Below are positions 59,100-64,000 of a stretch of DNA of 64,000 nt, one piece after another. The first letter of the stretch is position 1; each line of letters starts with the position of its first letter. The notes under the pieces are model-generated. The model ran no database searches and was not told the origin of the DNA. It saw nothing but the letters and a program-made list of their open reading frames with translations. The translations under genes and the position numbers were made by a program. The DNA is from Bacilli bacterium (lineage in GTDB: Bacteria; Bacillota_I; Bacilli_A; RF39; UBA660): assembly GCA_017513865.1 (NCBI GenBank), contig JAFWMN010000032.1, forward strand, positions 16,678-80,677, given 5' to 3'.

Positions 59100-59674
59100 A
59101 AGACATTGAAAAGTATGCTGAAAAAGAAAATATTCCAATCATGCAAAAAGATGGAATTGAATTCCTCGAAAACTATATAAAAGAAAATAAAATTAAAAAA
59201 ATCTTAGAAATTGGATCAGCAATTGGCTATTCAGCAATTAAAATGGCTTTAGTAGATAAAGATATTGAAATAACTACCATTGAAAGAGAACAAAAAAGAT
59301 ATGAAAAAGCTATAGAAAATATAAAAGAATTTAATTTGGATAAAAGAATAAATATTATCTTAAAAGACGCTTTAGAAGTAACTATAAATGATAAATACGA
59401 TTTAATATTTATTGATGCGGCTAAAGCGCAAAACATAAAGTTTTTTGAAAAATTTAAAAATAATTTAAATAAAAATGGTGTAATAATTACTGATAATTTA
59501 AATTTCCACGGACTTACAGAAAATCCTGAAAATATTAAAAGTAAAGCCTTAAAAGCCTTGGTAAGAAAAATAAATAATTACAAAGATTTTTTAAAAAATA
59601 ATGAGGAATTTAAAACATTTTTCTCTGACAAAGGTGATGGTATATCAATTAGTAAAAAAAATGATGAAAAATGA
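59087..59674 (+). CDS. SAM-dependent O-methyltransferase, YrrM/TrmR-like
   Basis: LEIGSAIGYSAIKMA SAM-binding motif and DLIFIDAAK. Position matches B. subtilis yrrM. Confidence 0.7.
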   Translation: MGRLEDIEKYAEKENIPIMQKDGIEFLENYIKENKIKKILEIGSAIGYSAIKMALVDKDIEITTIEREQKRYEKAIENIKEFNLDKRINIILKDALEVTINDKYDLIFIDAAKAQNIKFFEKFKNNLNKNGVIITDNLNFHGLTENPENIKSKALKALVRKINNYKDFLKNNEEFKTFFSDKGDGISISKKNDEK

Positions 59675-59717
59675 AAAAAAGTATGTTATAATGTATAATA
59701 GAAAAGGGGAATGAAAA

Positions 59718-60431
59718 ATGAATATAAATAAAATGAAAGAAAAAGCCCTAAAAAAGCTTAAAGGCAATTATGGAGTAATAGTTCCAGCTATCTTAATATA
59801 TTTTTTAATAGTTTTGTTCTTTAGTGCAGCATCAAGATTAATATATAATGAAAATATAGATATACTATTTAATATATTAATTACGGGACTATTATACATG
59901 GGATTACTTCAAATAGTAATTAAAACATCTAAAGGTGAAAAAACAGACCTAAAAACCTTGTTTTCAAGAACAGATTTGTTCTGGAAAGCAACGGCTATAA
60001 CCATAGTAAACACTATATTTACTTTAATTTGTTTAATATTAGAATGCATTGCTGCAAAATCATTAATGACTTTTATTTGTAATGAAGCTAATATAAATAT
60101 TATGTTAGTAACCTTTATGATTATAATTGGCGTATTATTATGTTCGGCAATCGCTATTTTCTATATAATTATTATGACATCTTGGTCACAAGTATACTAT
60201 ATATTATATGAAAATGAAGATATGCCAGTAGTTGACATATTTTCAAGAAGTATGGACCTAATGGAAGAATACAAACTTGATTATATTATTCTTCTTTTAA
60301 GCTTTATTGGTTGGATTATTGCCGGAATATTTACCTTTGGAATTTTATATTTATGGCTTACCCCTTATATAGCTGTAGCTCAAACAAATTTCTATTATGA
60401 ATTAAAGAAAAAAGAAAAAAAAGAAAGTTAA
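59718..60431 (+). CDS. Polytopic membrane protein (237 aa)
   Basis: At least 5 hydrophobic helices. Confidence 0.45.
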   Translation: MNINKMKEKALKKLKGNYGVIVPAILIYFLIVLFFSAASRLIYNENIDILFNILITGLLYMGLLQIVIKTSKGEKTDLKTLFSRTDLFWKATAITIVNTIFTLICLILECIAAKSLMTFICNEANINIMLVTFMIIIGVLLCSAIAIFYIIIMTSWSQVYYILYENEDMPVVDIFSRSMDLMEEYKLDYIILLLSFIGWIIAGIFTFGILYLWLTPYIAVAQTNFYYELKKKEKKES

Positions 60432-60509
60432 CCTCTATTTAATAGAGGTTTTTATTATAAGTGGATTTTTTAATTATATTTTGATATAATCTATATCGCG
60501 GAGGAGACT

Positions 60510-61295
60510 ATGAATAAAATTAGTGTAATTATAAAAAGTATAGCTGAAGCTAAAGATATAAAAGATATGGTAGATGCGTATTTAATACCTATAGAAGATT
60601 TAAGTATCAATTACCAAAAGACATTTACAATAGAAGAAATAGAAGAAATAAAAAAACTAAAAAAAGAAGTTTTTGTGTTTATAAATAAAAATATCCACAA
60701 TAATGAATTAGAAAAATTAGAAGAAACATTAAAAAATATAGAAAAATTAAATATAAATGGCATTATATTTTACGATATATCATTAATAGAATTAAAAAAA
60801 GAATTAAATTTAAAAACAGATTTAGTTTGGCATCAAGAACACCTAACTACTAATTATGTTGCGGCTAATTATTATTATGATAAAGGCGTAAAATATACAT
60901 ATTTATCCTCTGAGCTTACAAAAAGGGAAATAGAAGAAATAAAAGAAAAATATAAAGGCAAAACCTTTGTAAATGTTTTTGGATATCTTCCAATGTTTAC
61001 TTCAAGAAGACGTTTAGTAAATAATTATGTTGATACATTTAATTTAAAAGAAAAAGGAAATAGAATATATAAAGAAGAAAAATACTATTACATAGATGAC
61101 AATAAAAAAGGCACAACCGTATATTCTGATTATATTTTAAATGTTAAAGAAGAAATAAAGGCCGATTATATCGTTTTTAATAGTAATATGATTGATGAAG
61201 ATACATTTAAAGAAATATTAAAAGACTATAAAAATAATAAACTAGAAAAAGAAACAGGTTTCTTATTTAAGGAAACAATATATAAGGTGAAGTAA
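60510..61295 (+). CDS. Peptidase U32-family protein (YrrN/TrhP-like)
   Basis: U32 family resemblance and the yrrN position in conserved synteny. Confidence 0.6.
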   Translation: MNKISVIIKSIAEAKDIKDMVDAYLIPIEDLSINYQKTFTIEEIEEIKKLKKEVFVFINKNIHNNELEKLEETLKNIEKLNINGIIFYDISLIELKKELNLKTDLVWHQEHLTTNYVAANYYYDKGVKYTYLSSELTKREIEEIKEKYKGKTFVNVFGYLPMFTSRRRLVNNYVDTFNLKEKGNRIYKEEKYYYIDDNKKGTTVYSDYILNVKEEIKADYIVFNSNMIDEDTFKEILKDYKNNKLEKETGFLFKETIYKVK

Positions 61296-61296
61296 T

Positions 61297-62487
61297 ATGG
61301 AAAAACCCGAGTTATTAGCGCCAGCTGGCGATTTAGAAAGATTAAAAATTGCTTTATTATATGGTGCGGACGCCGTATATATAGGAGGCATGTTTAATTT
61401 AAGAGCGAATACCCCCAATTCTACTTTAGAAGACTTAAAAGAAGGGGTAGAATATGCCCATAAATTAAATAAAAAAGTATATGTTACTGTTAATATAGCC
61501 ATGCACAATAAAGAATGTGAAAAAATAAAACCATATTTAAAAGAACTAAAAAAAATAAATGTTGATGCTATAATAATTAGTGATCCAGGACTTATAAAAA
61601 TGGCTAAAGAAATTGGACTAGAAGTTCATTTATCAACCCAAAATTCAACTCTAAACAAAAAATCTGTAAAATTTTGGGAAAATGAAGGCGTTTCTAGAAT
61701 TGTACTAGCTAGAGAATGCAGTAAAGAAGATATAAAAGATATCAAAGAAAATAATAAAATAGAATTAGAAGTATTTATCCATGGAGCCATATGTGCTTCA
61801 TATAGCGGAAGATGCGTTCTTTCAAATTATCTAACTAATAGAGATTCCAATCGAGGTGGCTGCAGTCAAATATGCAGATGGGATTTTGATTTATATAATG
61901 AAAATAAAAAAATCGAAGGTGAAAAACCCTTTACTTTTTGTACTAAAGATTTATCTATGGCTAAATACTTGCCAGATTTAATAAATCTAGGAGTAGATAG
62001 CTTAAAAATTGAAGGAAGAATGCGCTCTGTCTATTATATCGCAACAGTTGTTAAAACATATAGAAGCATTATTGATGAATATTTTAATAATAAAAAGACA
62101 TATAAGTACAATAAAGAATATGAAAAAATATTAGATGATGTTGCTAATAGAGAATCAATCACCCAATTCTTTGATGGCAATTTTGGTAAAGATGTTCAAT
62201 ATTATAATGGAAGAAAAGAAACGACCAACCAAGAATTCATTGGTATTGTTCTTTCCTATGACGAAAAGAATAAATTGGCCAAAGTAGAGCAAAGGAATCA
62301 TTTTAAAAAAGGTGATAATATCGAAATATTTGGTCCTAAAACAAGACAAAAGTTAAAAATAAATGACATATATGACGAAGATATGAATATTATTGAAATA
62401 GTTAGGCATCCTAAGCAAATAGTATACTTAAAAGTACCTGAAAAAGTCGAAGAAAATTACATGATAAAATGTATTGACAAACAATAA
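61297..62487 (+). CDS. Peptidase U32-family protein (YrrO/TrhP-like) with a C-terminal beta-barrel
   Basis: U32 signature E.R...SYSGRC...CRW with Cys cluster. Synteny. Confidence 0.8.
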   Translation: MEKPELLAPAGDLERLKIALLYGADAVYIGGMFNLRANTPNSTLEDLKEGVEYAHKLNKKVYVTVNIAMHNKECEKIKPYLKELKKINVDAIIISDPGLIKMAKEIGLEVHLSTQNSTLNKKSVKFWENEGVSRIVLARECSKEDIKDIKENNKIELEVFIHGAICASYSGRCVLSNYLTNRDSNRGGCSQICRWDFDLYNENKKIEGEKPFTFCTKDLSMAKYLPDLINLGVDSLKIEGRMRSVYYIATVVKTYRSIIDEYFNNKKTYKYNKEYEKILDDVANRESITQFFDGNFGKDVQYYNGRKETTNQEFIGIVLSYDEKNKLAKVEQRNHFKKGDNIEIFGPKTRQKLKINDIYDEDMNIIEIVRHPKQIVYLKVPEKVEENYMIKCIDKQ

Positions 62488-62538
62488 AATATATAGTATA
62501 CTTTGCAAGTAAAATATTTAGAAAACCGAGGTGAGAAA

Positions 62539-63003
62539 ATGACAGAAGAAGTTTATGTGACTGAGCAAGGTCTAAATGACATGAAAAAAGAACTTGAATA
62601 TTTAAAAATGGAAAAAAGGCCTGCCGTAATTGAAGCTTTAAAAGAAGCCAGAGCCTTAGGAGACTTAAGTGAAAATGCTGAATATGATGCTGCTAGAAAT
62701 GAACAATCAGAAGTTGAAAATCGTATTCTTATTCTTGAAAAACAAATTGAAAATGCTATTGTGATTGAAAATAGAGGTAATGACAAAGTCAATGTTGGAA
62801 ATACCGTTGAAATAGAATATGTTGAAGATAAAGAAAAAGAAACATACACCATTGTTGGTATTAAAGAAGCTGATCCATTTGAAAATAAAATTTCTAATGA
62901 ATCACCAATTGCTCAAGCTATCATGGGAGCAAAACTAGGAGAAGTAAGAGCGGTTGCTAGTCCAAATGGTGAATATCAAGTAAAAGTAATCAGCATTAAA
63001 TAA
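62539..63003 (+). CDS. greA: Transcription elongation factor GreA
   Basis: VTEQGLNDMKKELEYLKM...EAREHGDLSENAEYDAA. ATG at 62539 follows a GAGGTGAG RBS. Confidence 0.85.
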   Translation: MTEEVYVTEQGLNDMKKELEYLKMEKRPAVIEALKEARALGDLSENAEYDAARNEQSEVENRILILEKQIENAIVIENRGNDKVNVGNTVEIEYVEDKEKETYTIVGIKEADPFENKISNESPIAQAIMGAKLGEVRAVASPNGEYQVKVISIK

Positions 63004-63111
63004 ACACCTATTTAGGTGTTTTTTTGTTTTTTTAAATATCACTTGACTTATATTTATAATATCTTTAAAATATAATTAGAGAATGAATTTTCTCTAGATG
63101 GAGGTAATAAA

Positions 63112-64000
63112 ATGAATAATATTATTTTCTCCATTTTGCTAGTTTTAATAGGACTTTTTGTTGGCATAATTGCCATGATAATTTTAAATTCAGTAAAAAC
63201 CTTTGCGGCTACCAAAAAAGCTCAAGGGTTAATTAAAGATGCTAAAAAAGAAGCTGATAAAATAAAAAGAGATAGTATTTTAGAAGCTAAAGAAGAAAAC
63301 CATAAATTAAAAATTCAATTAGATAAAGAAACAAAAGAGAAAAAACAAGAAATAAAAGAACTAGAAGACCGTCTTCAGGCTAGAGAAGACAGTATTGATA
63401 GACGTGATCAAAACATGCAAAAAAGAGAGCAAATGCTCGAAGATAAAGAAAATAGTCTAATTGAAAAACAAAAAGATATTCAAAATAAGCAAGTGGAGTT
63501 GGAAGAAACTAAAAAAGAAGAATTAAAACTACTTGAAAAAATTGCTGGTTATTCTAAAAAAGAAGCCAAAGAACTCATTATGAAAAAAGTTGAAGAAATG
63601 ATGAACTTAGAAATCACTTCTTATATCAAAGATAGAGAAGCAGAAGCCAAACTCGAAGTTGATAAAAAATCAAAAGATTTACTAGTATCAGCTATGCAGA
63701 AATATGCTGCTGATGTTGCTGAAGAACAAACAGTAACTGTAGTAGCTTTACCAAATGATGAAATGAAAGGCCGTATTATCGGTAGAGAAGGAAGAAACAT
63801 CAGAACAATTGAAGCTGTTACCGGAGTTGATTTAATAATTGATGATACTCCTGAAGCTATTGTTTTATCAAGTTTTGATCCATACAGAAGAGAAATTGCT
63901 AGAATAACTTTAGAAAATTTAATAAAAGATGGAAGAATTCATCCAGGAAGAATTGAAGAAGTATATGATAAAACTGCCAAAGAAATGCAAAGTAAATTAA
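63112..64000 (+). CDS. rny: Ribonuclease Y, N-terminal part; 3' end lies outside the window
   Basis: N-terminal TM helix, coiled coil and the KH motif MKGRIIGREGRNIRTIEAVTGVDLIIDDTPEAIVLSSFDPYRREIA. Confidence 0.85.
   Translation, partial: MNNIIFSILLVLIGLFVGIIAMIILNSVKTFAATKKAQGLIKDAKKEADKIKRDSILEAKEENHKLKIQLDKETKEKKQEIKELEDRLQAREDSIDRRDQNMQKREQMLEDKENSLIEKQKDIQNKQVELEETKKEELKLLEKIAGYSKKEAKELIMKKVEEMMNLEITSYIKDREAEAKLEVDKKSKDLLVSAMQKYAADVAEEQTVTVVALPNDEMKGRIIGREGRNIRTIEAVTGVDLIIDDTPEAIVLSSFDPYRREIARITLENLIKDGRIHPGRIEEVYDKTAKEMQSKL

Overview
AT-rich (about 27% GC) Firmicutes chromosome. The core synteny is Bacillus-like: der, spoIVA, hup, cca, dnaD, nth, ponA, recU, ruvX (yqgF), DUF1292, mltG, trmR-like O-methyltransferase, two U32 genes, greA and rny. 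The main feature is a roughly 44.1-kb integrative conjugative element (ICE) at about 1128..45212, inserted in-frame inside the sporulation gene spoIVA. The 5' segment of spoIVA is at 765..1127 and the 3' segment at 45213..46325. Joining them precisely gives a 491-aa protein, the size of B. subtilis SpoIVA. A large serine recombinase (43557..45143) sits at the right end of the element. Its 3' end is 69 bp from the crossover, and the element ends carry inverted GGGTATCAC/GTGATACCC arms of an attP-like site. That is the architecture of skin/SPbeta-type sporulation intervening elements, here built on a complete conjugative element. The element also carries ParAB, SSB, a primase, MobC with a relaxase, a coupling protein, a VirB4 ATPase and a CHAP hydrolase. 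Its cargo includes a sortase-anchored adhesin and a Hanks-type Ser/Thr kinase. It also carries a LysR/NUDIX/oxidoreductase-like cluster and a MazF-like toxin. The largest cargo gene is a 2132-aa Rhs/YD-repeat polymorphic toxin with an ankyrin-repeat immunity gene. A phage tail-fibre-like collagen protein precedes the Rhs gene, and a holin plus GH25 endolysin cassette follows it. Two paralogous sigma-region-4-like regulator genes are each followed by a strong terminator and a 212-bp conserved leader repeat. Together this looks like a PaLoc/UviAB-style toxin locus. No rRNA, tRNA or CRISPR array was recognised by eye. All calls rest on manual motif recognition, with no database searches.
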